From assembly GCA_965225945.1 (NCBI GenBank), contig CBDDBZ010000025.1, forward strand, positions 1-64,000: a stretch of 64,000 nucleotides of DNA, read 5' to 3'. The DNA is from Alphaproteobacteria bacterium (GTDB lineage Bacteria; Pseudomonadota; Alphaproteobacteria; GCA-2731375). Every line of letters starts with the position of its first letter. Positions within the stretch are counted from its first letter, which is position 1. The translations under genes were made by a program, and so were the position numbers. Under the pieces are notes generated by a model. The model did no database searches. It had not been told where the DNA came from and was given only the letters and a program-made list of their open reading frames with translations. Below, piece after piece: positions 32,285 through 42,411 of the stretch.

Positions 32285-33539
32285 CGGGCGGCGGATCGCC
32301 CAACGTCTCGATCCCGCTCGTCATCGACCTCTCCCAGGAAGAAAAGGGGTCATTCTACTTCCTGATTACGCACTTTACTCAGCCGGATTGATGTGGTACA
32401 AATCGTGAACAAATGGCGGTTTTTCTGGAGGTTCACAATGCCACGCAACAAGGTTCAGTTCCAGAAGGGGCTCAGCGAGCCGCGTTTTCGTGAGTTGTAC
32501 GGTACCGAGGAGCAGTGTCGCGAGGCCCTTTTCCGCTGGCGCTGGCCGGAGGGGTTCGCCTGCCCCCGATGTGGCGCCACGCGCCATTGCGAGATCGCCG
32601 GGCGAAAACTCTACCAATGCGCCGCCTGCCGTCATCAAGTCTCGCTGACCGCCGGCACGCTCTTCCACGCGACCAAGCTGGCGCTGACCCTGTGGTTCTC
32701 GGCGATCTATCACATGACCCAATCGAAGAAAGGGATCTCCTCCCTCGAACTCGGCCGCCGGCTCGGCGTCACCCAGACCACGGCCTGGAAGATCAAGCAG
32801 AAACTGATGCAGTCCATGCTCGAGCGCGATGCCAAATTGCCGCTCACCGGGCGGGTGGAGATGGACGATGCCTACCTCGGCGGCCGGCTTTCCGGGGCCA
32901 AGCGCGGCCGAGGCGCGCCGGGCAAGACGCCGTTCGTCGCCGCCGTCCAGACCACGGCGGAGGGCCAGCCCGTGCGCATCAAGCTCCGCCGCGTCAAGGG
33001 CTTCCGCAAGAGCGAGATCGCCAAGATGGCCAAGCGCGACCTGAGCCCTGGGGCGACCGTTTTCAGCGACGGGCTCAACTGCTTCACCGCCGTCACCACG
33101 CGGGGCTGTGCGCATCATCCGATATCCACCGGCTCCGGACCCGGGGCCGTCGCCGGGCCCGCCTTCAAATGGGTCAACACGACCCTCGGCAACCTCAAAA
33201 ACACCCTGCGCGGTACCTACCATGCGATCCGACCCAAGCATGTGCCGCGCTACCTGGCGGCGTTCCAGTACCGATACAACCGCCGCTACCGGCTCGCCGA
33301 CATGATCCGAAGCCCTCGGCCGCGATGCCCTGCATACGCCGCCCATGCCATATCGGCTCCTGAAGTTGGCTGAGGTTAGTGCGTAATCAGGTTCTACTTT
33401 ATCGGTCGCTGCGGTGGGCCTCTTCGTGGCTCGTGTCGCCAGCGCCAGCGGTGGCGAAAAGTAGAATGACCCCTTTTTCCCCTTTTCGGGCGGCGGATCG
33501 CCCAACGTCTCGATCCCGCTCGTCATCGACCTCTCCCAG
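32285..33539. repeat. 53-bp perfect direct repeats (32285-32337, 33487-33539) flanking a 110-bp palindromic element split by IS1595
   Basis: Direct sequence identity; inner IR AAAAGGGGTCATTCTACTTT / AAAGTAGAATGACCCCTTTT. Confidence 0.88.
32361..33391 (+). mobile_element. IS1595-family element (transposase 32438-33373)
   Basis: IR CCTGATTACGCACT, 8-bp TSD TTCTACTT; VEMDDAY, FSDG, YRYNRR; probable +1 frameshift near the C-terminus. Confidence 0.93.
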
Positions 33540-33563
33540 AACCCCTCGCCAACACGACATGGC

Positions 33564-34118
33564 TCAAAAGAACACCGTCAGGTTCTTCGCCAGCAGGACA
33601 TTCTGGTCCAGATAGACCTCCCGCGCGGCGATCCGGAAGCCGCCATCCTCGGCCCGGCGCAACAGGTCGCTCCGTTTGCCGACGAAGAAGTCGGTCTCGG
33701 TCTCGGTCCGGTTGCGATAGACGATGAAGCGGCAGCGCGACCGCACCATGGCCCCGTCGGTGTCCCAGACCTGCAGGTTGGAGAACATGTGGGCCGTGCG
33801 CGAGATCGGCTCCTCCGCCCAGTGCAGCCCGGTCATGATCTGCTTGACCCGTTGTTCGAGCTCGAACTTGCCCTCGTCGAACCAGTTGAGGTCCTTGCCC
33901 TCCTCGGTCCATTCGCCCGCCCACTCGCCGAACGGGCGATTGCGGGCGAGCGGCATCCAATAGCGGATGTCGTCGGCCAGCAGCTCGAGCCAGGCCTCGA
34001 ATTGACGGCTGTCGAGCAGCTCGTTCTCGGCGTTGAAGAACCGTTCCACCTCATGGTGGAGGAGGAGGTCGTCGAGCCGGGCCTCGCGTCCGCCCGGCCC
34101 CGTCCGGCCGGCCCTCAT
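33564..34118 (-). CDS. Aromatic ring-hydroxylating dioxygenase beta subunit
   Basis: ENELLD..QFEAWLELLADDIRYWMP, WAEEPISRTAH, LLAKNLTVFF. Confidence 0.9.
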   Translation of the reverse strand: MRAGRTGPGGREARLDDLLLHHEVERFFNAENELLDSRQFEAWLELLADDIRYWMPLARNRPFGEWAGEWTEEGKDLNWFDEGKFELEQRVKQIMTGLHWAEEPISRTAHMFSNLQVWDTDGAMVRSRCRFIVYRNRTETETDFFVGKRSDLLRRAEDGGFRIAAREVYLDQNVLLAKNLTVFF

Positions 34119-35470
34119 TCCGCCGCCCGGCGGACCCCGGGGCCGCGCGCATCGTCCATCGCCCGGGCCCAGCGGGCATAGAAGCCGCGCTGGTTCTGCT
34201 CCGAGACGTCCTCGCTCGCCTGGATCTCGCCGCCGAGCCAGGCGACCGGCCAGCCCTTGCGCTCGTGCCCCATGCCCATCGCGTAGTGGAAGTCGTGGCG
34301 GCGCGCGATGGTGCCGCGCGCGCCCTCGTGCGCATAGCCCCAGTTTTCCATGTCGTCCTGCTCGGTCAGGCCCGAGGGGCCTTGATAGCGGATGACGTAG
34401 TGCCTGAGCACGTCCTTGACCTCGTCGGGCGCGGCGGCCGGCACCAGGAAGATGCGCCAGGTCTCGGTCTCGTGCGGGCCGTTCGGATGCCAGGTCCCCA
34501 TCGATTGGACGCCGTTCGCGTAGGAGACGTTGGGGAAGATGGTGCCGCCGTGGCCGAACCAGCGGGCCTTCTCGCCCAGCCTCTCCTGGCGCTGGCGGTA
34601 GCACTCGCGGAAATAGTCCTCGACCACCGCCCTCTCCTGGTAGGTCGGAAGATAGTCGTAATCGTCCTTGAACAGCTCGCCCCGGGCGGCGTGACCCTCG
34701 GGGTGGATGGAGATGTTGAGCTTGTGGACCTCGCGGGCCCGCGACACCGTGTCGTAGGTATGGCGGCCCTTCACGCCCGCGGGCGAGAGCACGACCTGAT
34801 CGACCGAGGCATGACTGGATGCGTGGTAATAGTCGCCGGCGAAATTCTCGGCGGCGAATTTCCAATTGTTGGGCATGCGCCATTTGAAGATGCCGCCGAA
34901 CGCCTCCCAGGGCCCGTGGGTGCCGTCGGGCAGCTCGCAATAGTCGTCGAAGTAGAACCTGAGGTCGCCCAGATAGCTCTCGAATTCCGCTGTCTCCTGG
35001 TCCCAACAGGCGAAGACGTAGCCGTGGTAGCTCGCCACCCGGGCCTCGATCAGGCCCAATTTCTCGACCTCGAGCTCGCCGTGGTAGCCGGACTCGAGCT
35101 TGGGCACGCCGATCAGCGCGCCTTGGTCGGAATAGACCCAGGCGTGATAGGGGCAAGAGAACCGGCGCGCGTTGCCTTCGTCGTAGCGACAGACCCGCAT
35201 GCCCCGGTGCCGGCAGGTGTTGAGGAAGACGTGCAACGTGCCGTGCCGGTCGCGGTTGAGGATCACCGACTCCTCGCCCATGCGGGCGAGCACGAAGTCG
35301 CCGCTCGCCGCGATCTGGCTTTCGTGGCCGACGAAGAGCCACGAGCGCGCGAAGATCCGCTCCAGTTCTTCCTCGTAGATCGCCTGGCTGGTGAAGATGT
35401 CGCGGCTGATCAGGCCGCGCTCCAGATCCACATGGCCGCCCTGATAGGCGCCCCGCTCGCCTGTCCGCAT
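34115..35470 (-). CDS. Rieske ring-hydroxylating dioxygenase alpha subunit
   Basis: CRH...CPYH Rieske motif, NWKFAAENFAGDYYH, EQDD. Confidence 0.93.
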   Translation of the reverse strand: MRTGERGAYQGGHVDLERGLISRDIFTSQAIYEEELERIFARSWLFVGHESQIAASGDFVLARMGEESVILNRDRHGTLHVFLNTCRHRGMRVCRYDEGNARRFSCPYHAWVYSDQGALIGVPKLESGYHGELEVEKLGLIEARVASYHGYVFACWDQETAEFESYLGDLRFYFDDYCELPDGTHGPWEAFGGIFKWRMPNNWKFAAENFAGDYYHASSHASVDQVVLSPAGVKGRHTYDTVSRAREVHKLNISIHPEGHAARGELFKDDYDYLPTYQERAVVEDYFRECYRQRQERLGEKARWFGHGGTIFPNVSYANGVQSMGTWHPNGPHETETWRIFLVPAAAPDEVKDVLRHYVIRYQGPSGLTEQDDMENWGYAHEGARGTIARRHDFHYAMGMGHERKGWPVAWLGGEIQASEDVSEQNQRGFYARWARAMDDARGPGVRRAAE

Positions 35471-35580
35471 CGCGCTGGCCTCCGCCTCGTTGCAACCCGC
35501 CCCGAACTATAGCGAGCCGGCGATCGGAGCGACAACACGGGACGGCGTCGAGGCTCGAGCCACGCGCCGCGCCGCCCCGC

Positions 35581-36267
35581 TCAGCCGGTGAGCCTGAGGT
35601 TCTGCGGGAACATGTAGCGCCGTGCCTCCTCGTCCGTCTCGGTCTTGAAGGCGTGGCTGGCGGCCAGCGCCACCGCCCGCTCCGCGGCGGGCCGGGCGTC
35701 GATCTCAGCCACCAGGCGAGCCACATTGGCCTGTTTGGCCGCGCCCTCCTCGCCCAGAACCCGTGGCATCAGCCGGGCCCAGCCCCAGACCGCCATGTCG
35801 ACGATGGTGTAGCGCTCGCCCAGCATGTAGGGGCGCTCGGCGAGGCGCGCGTCGAGGATGGCGAAGTGGCGCTCGGCCTCGTAGTCGTAACGGTTGACGG
35901 CATAGGGCATCGGCTCGGGCGCAAACACCTTGAAGTGCACCGCCTGGCCGGAATAGGGACCGACGCCCGAGGCGACGAACATCAGCCACGACAGGAGCTG
36001 GCCGCGCATGGCGGGCGTATCCTCCGGCAGGAAGCGGTCCGTCTTCTCCGCCAGGTAGAGCAGGATGGCGTTGCTGTCGAAGATGGGCTGGCCATCCTCG
36101 ACGATCGCCGGCGCCTTGGCGTTGGGATTGATGGCCAAGAATTCGGGCGCGAACTGCTCGCCCTTGCGGGTATCGAGCGGCACCGCCTCGTAGGCCAGCC
36201 CGGATTCCTCCAGGAACAGCGCCACCTTCATCGGGTTGGGCGCGGCGTTGTAGTAAAAGGTCAACAT
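35581..36267 (-). CDS. Glutathione S-transferase (YfcG-like)
   Basis: APNPMKV, INPNAKAPAI, FDSNAILLYLAEK. Confidence 0.9.
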   Translation of the reverse strand: MLTFYYNAAPNPMKVALFLEESGLAYEAVPLDTRKGEQFAPEFLAINPNAKAPAIVEDGQPIFDSNAILLYLAEKTDRFLPEDTPAMRGQLLSWLMFVASGVGPYSGQAVHFKVFAPEPMPYAVNRYDYEAERHFAILDARLAERPYMLGERYTIVDMAVWGWARLMPRVLGEEGAAKQANVARLVAEIDARPAAERAVALAASHAFKTETDEEARRYMFPQNLRLTG

Positions 36268-36479
36268 CTCGGGCCTCTCTCTCTTTCGTTCCGATATCGT
36301 CGAGGCGCAGCCTAGCCGACTTTCACGGGCTTGTACCGGCGGCGAGGGGAGATTCGCTCGATGCGCCAGAGGGCCGGCGGCCAGTCAACGGCGAATATGA
36401 CATGACCGGCGCCAGCCCCCTATCATGGCTCGGCGCCTTGCCGCGCCGCGCGGCCGTCGAGGGACTCAGCGAGCGAACC

Positions 36480-37427
36480 ATGAGCGCCTATCTCATACGT
36501 CGTCTGGTTTCCTTCTGCCTGACGCTCTGGGGCGCCTCGGTGGTGATCTTCCTGATGCTGGAGATCCTGCCCGGCGATCCGGCGCTGACCATGCTGGGAA
36601 TCGACGCGCCGGAAAGCGCGATCATCGCACTGCGCCACGAACTCGGCCTCGATCGCACCGCGCCCACCCGCTATCTCGACTGGATCGCCGGCCTCGCGCG
36701 GGGCGAGATGGGGCTCTCCTTCACCTACCAGGTGCCGGTGGCGGAGCTTTTCGCCGAGCGGCTGGAGCTGACCCTGCCGCTGGCGCTCGGCGCCATGGCG
36801 GTGGCGACGATATTGGCCCTCGGCCTCGGTCTCTATGCCGCCAGCCGGCACAACCGGGCCGGCGACTGGGGGGTGATGGCGGCGAGCCAGCTCGGCCTCG
36901 CGATCCCCAACTTCTGGCTCGCCATCCTGCTGATCATCCTGTTCGCGCTGATCCTGCAATGGACCACCTCGGGCGGCTTCCCCGGCTGGGCGGATGGGGT
37001 GGGCCCGGCGCTCGCCGCGCTGATCCTTCCCGTCACCGCGCTCGGCGTCACCCTGGCGGCGATCCTGGTCCGCATCACCCGGTCCTCGGTGCTGGAGGTG
37101 CTGGGAGAGGATTTCGTCCGCACCGCGCGGGCCAAGGGCCTGGGGCGCGGCGCGACGCTCAGGCGCCACGTGCTCAGGAACGCGATGATCCCGGTGGTGA
37201 CGATGATGGGCTTGCTGTTCGCCGATGCGCTCGCCGGCACCATCGTCATCGAGAACGTGTTCTCGCTGCCCGGCATGGGCAAGCTCATCTTCGGCGCCAT
37301 CTCCAATCGCGATCTGATGGTGGTGAAGAACGCGGTGCTGCTGCTGGCGGCGCTGGTGGTGGTGGTCAATTTCGCGGTCGATCTGCTCTACGCCCTGATC
37401 GACCCCCGCGTCCGGATCCGGGATTAG
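36480..37427 (+). CDS. Peptide/nickel ABC permease (DppB-like)
   Basis: LPGDPA, EDFVRTARAKGL. Confidence 0.92.
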   Translation: MSAYLIRRLVSFCLTLWGASVVIFLMLEILPGDPALTMLGIDAPESAIIALRHELGLDRTAPTRYLDWIAGLARGEMGLSFTYQVPVAELFAERLELTLPLALGAMAVATILALGLGLYAASRHNRAGDWGVMAASQLGLAIPNFWLAILLIILFALILQWTTSGGFPGWADGVGPALAALILPVTALGVTLAAILVRITRSSVLEVLGEDFVRTARAKGLGRGATLRRHVLRNAMIPVVTMMGLLFADALAGTIVIENVFSLPGMGKLIFGAISNRDLMVVKNAVLLLAALVVVVNFAVDLLYALIDPRVRIRD

Positions 37428-37455
37428 TGGATAGAATCCACCAGGGGCGAGCCCG

Positions 37456-38301
37456 ATGAGGGGTGCGAGCGCCATATTGGCCCGCATGGCCCGGCACCGC
37501 GCCTTCCTCTTCGGCGCCGGGCTCACCGGCCTGATGGCCGGCGCCGCCGTGGTCTCGCTCTTCTGGACCCCGCATTCAGCCACCCTCATCGTCGTTCGCG
37601 CCCGATTGCGGCCGCCCAGTTGGGAGCATTGGCTCGGCACCGACCAGTTCGGCCGCGACATCCTCTCGATGATCATGGCCGGGGCCCAGACCTCGATCCT
37701 GGTCGGTCTGATCGCGGTCTCGATGGGCCTGGTTCTGGGCGTCTCGCTCGGCCTGCTGGCGGCGGCCCGGCGCGGCCTCGTCGAGGAAGCGGTGATGCGG
37801 CTGAACGACCTCGCCTTCGCCTTCCCCGTGGTGCTGCTGGCGATCCTGATCACCGCCGGTTGGGGCCCGGGCATCCTCAACGCCATCCTGGCGCTCGCCG
37901 TGATCAACGTGCCGATCTTCGCCCGCCTGGTCCGGGGCGCGGCGCTCGTCGTGTGGGCGCGGGAGTTCGTGCTCGCGGCGCGCGCCGCCGGCAAGGGCGA
38001 CCTCAGGATCACGCTCGAACACGTGCTGCCCAACGTCACCAGCGTGATCGTGGTGCAGGCGACGATCAGCTTCGCCATCGCCATCCTGGCGGAGGCGGCC
38101 CTGAGCTACCTCGGCGTCGGCTCCCAGCCGCCCGACCCGAGTTGGGGGCGGATGCTGGCCGAGAGCCAGAACTTCCTCTTCATGGCGCCGACCTTGGCGG
38201 TTTGGCCGGGGCTCGCCATCGTGCTCTCGGTGCTGGGGCTGAACCTGATGGGCGACGGGCTCCGCGACCTCCTCGATCCGCGCCTCGCCCGGCGGCGGTA
38301 G
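37456..38301 (+). CDS. Peptide/nickel ABC permease (DppC-like)
   Basis: HWLGTDQFGRD, HVLPN, GDGLRDLLDPR. Confidence 0.92.
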   Translation: MRGASAILARMARHRAFLFGAGLTGLMAGAAVVSLFWTPHSATLIVVRARLRPPSWEHWLGTDQFGRDILSMIMAGAQTSILVGLIAVSMGLVLGVSLGLLAAARRGLVEEAVMRLNDLAFAFPVVLLAILITAGWGPGILNAILALAVINVPIFARLVRGAALVVWAREFVLAARAAGKGDLRITLEHVLPNVTSVIVVQATISFAIAILAEAALSYLGVGSQPPDPSWGRMLAESQNFLFMAPTLAVWPGLAIVLSVLGLNLMGDGLRDLLDPRLARRR

Positions 38302-38307
38302 CGGCCC

Positions 38308-39306
38308 ATGGCCCTCCTCGAGGTCAGCGATCTGGTGGTCGAGCTGGAAACGCCACGCGGCCGGGCCCGGGCGCTCCGGGGCGTCGAATTTGTGCTGGAG
38401 GCCGGCCGGACCCTCGGCATTGTCGGTGAATCCGGCTCCGGCAAGTCGATCACCGCGCTCGCGCTGATGGGCCTGGCGCCGGAGGGCGCGCGCCTCGAGG
38501 GCCGGGTGAGGCTGGCGGGCCAAGAGCTGCTGGGCCTCCCCGAGTCTGAGATGCAGCAGGTGCGCGGCCGCCGGATGGCGATGATCTTTCAGGAGCCGAT
38601 GACCTCCCTCAACCCCGTGCACCGGGTCGGCCGGCAGATCGGCGAGGCGCTGGCGCTGCATCGCGCGCTTCGTGGGCCCGAGGCGCGGGCGGAGGCGACG
38701 CGGCTCTTGGCCCGCGTCGGCCTGCCCCGCCCGGAGCGCCTGGTCGACGCCTATCCGCACGAGCTCTCGGGCGGACAGCGCCAGCGGGTGATGATCGCCA
38801 TGGCCTTGAGTTGCGGGCCCGACGTGCTGATCGCCGACGAGCCGACGACGGCCCTCGACGTCACCATCCAGGAGAGGATCCTCGGCCTGATCAACCACCT
38901 GGTGGACGCCGACGGCATGGCGCTGATCATGATCAGCCACGATTTCGGCGTCATCGCCCGGACCTGCGAGGAGGTCCTGATCATGTACGCCGGCTTGGTG
39001 GTCGAGCGGGGCGCGACGCGCCGCATCCTGGAGGCCCCGGCGCATCCCTACAGCCGGGGCTTGATCGCGGCGGTGCCGCGCCTCGGCCAGGGGCGGGAGC
39101 GGGGTCGGGAGGCGCGGCTCAGGACCATTCCCGGCGTGATGGCGGAACTCGACGACCTGCCCGCCGGCTGCCCCTTCGCCGATCGCTGCGACCTCGCCGA
39201 CCAGGGTTGCGTCGAGCGGACGCCTGGGATGCGGGCGGTGGCGGTGGACGGAACCCAGGCCGCCGCCTGCCACAAGCTCGATTCCGTAGAGGCGGCGGCG
39301 CCATGA
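38308..39306 (+). CDS. ABC ATPase (DppD-like)
   Basis: GESGSGKS, YPHELSGGQRQR, CPFADRC. Confidence 0.92.
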   Translation: MALLEVSDLVVELETPRGRARALRGVEFVLEAGRTLGIVGESGSGKSITALALMGLAPEGARLEGRVRLAGQELLGLPESEMQQVRGRRMAMIFQEPMTSLNPVHRVGRQIGEALALHRALRGPEARAEATRLLARVGLPRPERLVDAYPHELSGGQRQRVMIAMALSCGPDVLIADEPTTALDVTIQERILGLINHLVDADGMALIMISHDFGVIARTCEEVLIMYAGLVVERGATRRILEAPAHPYSRGLIAAVPRLGQGRERGREARLRTIPGVMAELDDLPAGCPFADRCDLADQGCVERTPGMRAVAVDGTQAAACHKLDSVEAAAP

Positions 39307-40268
39307 ACGACGCCCCCCTCGTCGCCGCCGAGAATCTGGCCAAGCGCTATCCCCTGCCGCGCGCGAGCCTGTTTCGCGCCGCCGGCGTGGTCGACGCCGT
39401 GGACGGCGTCGACTTCACCGTGACGCGCGGCCGCAGTCTCGGCATCGTCGGCGAATCCGGCTCCGGCAAGAGCACGCTCGCGCGGCTGGTGATGGCGCTC
39501 GAGGCGCCGAGCGGCGGGCGGCTCCGCCTCTTCGGCCAGGACCCGAGCGCGCTTCCGCCCCGAGACCTGAGACGGCTCAGACGCCATCTTCAGATGGTGT
39601 TCCAGGATCCCTTCGGCGCCCTCGACCCGCGCCACAAGGCCGCCCGCATCGTCGCCGAGCCGCTGCAGGTGCTGAGGCCCGAGCTCTCCCGCGCCGAGCG
39701 CCGCGCGGAGGCGCTCGCGGTCATGGCCGCGGTCGGCCTTCACCCGGGCGACGGCGACAAGTACCCGCATGAATTCTCCGGCGGCCAGCGCCAGCGGATC
39801 GCCATCGCCCGGGCGCTGGTGACGCGGCCGGACCTGATCGTCGCCGACGAGCCGGTCTCCGCCCTCGACGTCTCGGTGCAGGCCCAGGTCTTGAACTTGA
39901 TGCGCGACCTGGAGGCGAGCCACGGCCTCACCTACCTGTTGATCAGCCACGACCTGGTGGTGGTGGAATACGTCTGCGTCGAGATCATGGTGATGTATCG
40001 GGGCCGGATCGTGGAGCGGGCGCCGACAGCCACGCTCCTCGCCGCCCCCGCCCATCCCTATACCCGCCTGCTGCTCGACTCGGTCCCCCGGCTGGAGGCG
40101 GGACGCGGCGCCGCGGCGCCGGCGGTCGTCGAGGCGGCGGAGGCCGAGATCGGCGCCGGCTGCCCCTTCGCGCCGCGCTGCCCCCTGGCCGAGACGCGCT
40201 GTCGGGTAGAGGCGCCGGCGCCGCGGCAGCTCGACGCGACGCACGAGGTCGCCTGCCATTTGGCGTAG
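39303..40268 (+). CDS. ABC ATPase (DppF-like)
   Basis: GESGSGKST, YPHEFSGGQRQR, ADEPVSALD. Confidence 0.92.
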   Translation: MNDAPLVAAENLAKRYPLPRASLFRAAGVVDAVDGVDFTVTRGRSLGIVGESGSGKSTLARLVMALEAPSGGRLRLFGQDPSALPPRDLRRLRRHLQMVFQDPFGALDPRHKAARIVAEPLQVLRPELSRAERRAEALAVMAAVGLHPGDGDKYPHEFSGGQRQRIAIARALVTRPDLIVADEPVSALDVSVQAQVLNLMRDLEASHGLTYLLISHDLVVVEYVCVEIMVMYRGRIVERAPTATLLAAPAHPYTRLLLDSVPRLEAGRGAAAPAVVEAAEAEIGAGCPFAPRCPLAETRCRVEAPAPRQLDATHEVACHLA

Positions 40269-40328
40269 GGGAGCGAGGATGCGACATTCCGCGCGTGCGC
40301 CCGTCACCGTTCACTTCGGAGAACCCGA

Positions 40329-42296
40329 ATGACCGTCAAACGCCTGGAGATCATCCGACGAATCCCCTACCTCGACGGCCATGTTTTCGAGGGCGGCGGC
40401 GCTTACGAACGAATCGACGCGATCGCCCACTACGCCGTCGATCCCTCCCACCCGGCCAATCAAGGAATCGTCGATCTCGATCTCGCCGAGCGGTCCGACG
40501 GGCTGGTGCGCTTCGACGGCGACGTGACGCTGCTCGTGCCGCTCGGCGGCGGCAACCGGGCCCTGCTGTTCGAATTACCCAACCGAGGCAATAGACTTCT
40601 CTCGCGTTCGTTCAACCAGGGCTCGACCGTGCTCACGACGAGCGACGCGATCGATCCGGGCGACGGCTTCCTCATGCGCCACGGCTGGACCCTCGCCTGG
40701 TGCGGCTGGCAATGGGACGTGCCGGAGCCAAGCCCCCGGATGGGGCTGCGGGCACCCATCGTACCCCCCTTGGCCTTGTCGCTCGACGCACCCCTACAGC
40801 TCCGCCTCCAGCCGAACGCGGCCACCGTGCATTTCGCGCTGACCGACCATCATACCGGCCCGCCCGGCAACCATCGGCCGATCGCCACGCGCGACGTGGA
40901 CGACCCCGAGGCGCGGTTGCTGGCGCGCGAACACATGTACGCCGAAGCCGAGGAAATCCCGCGCGAGCGCTGGCGTTTCGCCCGCGACGCGGGCGGCCGA
41001 CCCCTCGCCGATCCGGAGCACGTCTGGCTCGAGGGCGGCTTCGAGGCGGGACGGATCTACGACATCGTCTACCATCCCAGCGATTGCCCCCTCGCCGGTG
41101 CCGGGCTCTTGGCGGCGCGCGATCTCGGCGCCTTCCTGTGCCGGGGCGCGGCGTCCCCGATCGCCGGGCGCGTCGAGCACGTGATCGGCCAGGGCGTCTC
41201 GCAATGCGGCCGATATCTGAGGACCTTCCTGGGCCTCGGCCTCAACGCCGACGAGGCGGGGAATCGGGTCTTCGACGGCCTGCTGTTACACGTCGCCGGC
41301 GGGCGACGCGGCGAATTTAATCAGCGCCGGGGCCAGCCCTCGGTGCAGCCGACGCCGGGCTTCGGCCACCTCTTCCCCTTCGCGGACGCGACCCAACACG
41401 ATTCCCGCACCGGCCGCGAGGCGGGCCTGCTCGACCGGCAGCGCGCGGCGGGATGCCTCCCCAAGATCTTCCAAACGGACAGCTCGTGCGAATATTGGCG
41501 CGGCGATGCCTCCCTCGCGCACAGCTCCGTGGCCGACGGCTCGGACGTCGAGCCGCCGCCGGAGGTGCGGCGCTATCTCTTCGCCTCCACCCAGCACGGC
41601 CCGGGGGTCCTGCCGTTCGTGGACACCAATCCCAACGGCGCGCGCGGCGCCAACGACTTCAACCTGGTCGACTACCGCCCCCTCTACCGCTCAGCGCTGG
41701 CCAATCTTCTCGACTGGATCAGAGACGATGTGGCGCCGCCCCCGAGCGTCTTCCCGCGACGCGACGACGGTACGGCCGCGCGCCGCGAGGCGGTGGGATC
41801 GATGCTCGCGACCCTGCCGGGCCTGACCTGCCCGGACCCCGAGCGCCTGCCGCGACTTTATCCGCTGGAACTCGGCGCCGGCGCGGACCGCGGTATCGGC
41901 GCCTTTCCCGCGACCGCGGCCGGTGACGCCTACGCCTGCGTCGTCTCGGCCGTCGACGCGGACGGCAACGAGACCGGCGGCGTACGCATGCCGGACGTGG
42001 CGGTGCCGGTGGCGACCCACGCCGGCTTCAACGTCCGCCACCCCGCGAGCGGGGGAAGCGGCCAAATCCTCGAATACATCGGGCTCACGCTGCCCTTCGC
42101 CAAGGACGAAGCCGCGCGCGGGCAGCGCGGTGACCCGCGCCCGTCGATCGAGGCCCGCTATGGCGGGCGCGACGACTATCTGGAGCGCGTGGGCGCCGCC
42201 GCCCGGGCGCTGGTCGAGGCGCGTCTGCTGCTGGCGGAAGATATCGAGGTCTGTGTGGGAATCGCGGCCGAGCGCTACGACGCCTGCGCCGGATGA
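40329..42296 (+). CDS. Large alpha/beta-hydrolase-domain protein
   Basis: 655-aa ORF; GVSQCG nucleophile-elbow-like motif, DADGNETGG, DPRPSIEARY. Confidence 0.75.
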   Translation: MTVKRLEIIRRIPYLDGHVFEGGGAYERIDAIAHYAVDPSHPANQGIVDLDLAERSDGLVRFDGDVTLLVPLGGGNRALLFELPNRGNRLLSRSFNQGSTVLTTSDAIDPGDGFLMRHGWTLAWCGWQWDVPEPSPRMGLRAPIVPPLALSLDAPLQLRLQPNAATVHFALTDHHTGPPGNHRPIATRDVDDPEARLLAREHMYAEAEEIPRERWRFARDAGGRPLADPEHVWLEGGFEAGRIYDIVYHPSDCPLAGAGLLAARDLGAFLCRGAASPIAGRVEHVIGQGVSQCGRYLRTFLGLGLNADEAGNRVFDGLLLHVAGGRRGEFNQRRGQPSVQPTPGFGHLFPFADATQHDSRTGREAGLLDRQRAAGCLPKIFQTDSSCEYWRGDASLAHSSVADGSDVEPPPEVRRYLFASTQHGPGVLPFVDTNPNGARGANDFNLVDYRPLYRSALANLLDWIRDDVAPPPSVFPRRDDGTAARREAVGSMLATLPGLTCPDPERLPRLYPLELGAGADRGIGAFPATAAGDAYACVVSAVDADGNETGGVRMPDVAVPVATHAGFNVRHPASGGSGQILEYIGLTLPFAKDEAARGQRGDPRPSIEARYGGRDDYLERVGAAARALVEARLLLAEDIEVCVGIAAERYDACAG

Positions 42297-42411
42297 GGAT
42301 CGCCACGCGGTCCGGGCTGGATGGCACTTCACGGGCCATGCTAGCCTGACCCCTGATAGCGACATCGCGGTTCGCGAGGCCGCCGACGGCGCCAATTCGG
42401 GAGGATGCTCG

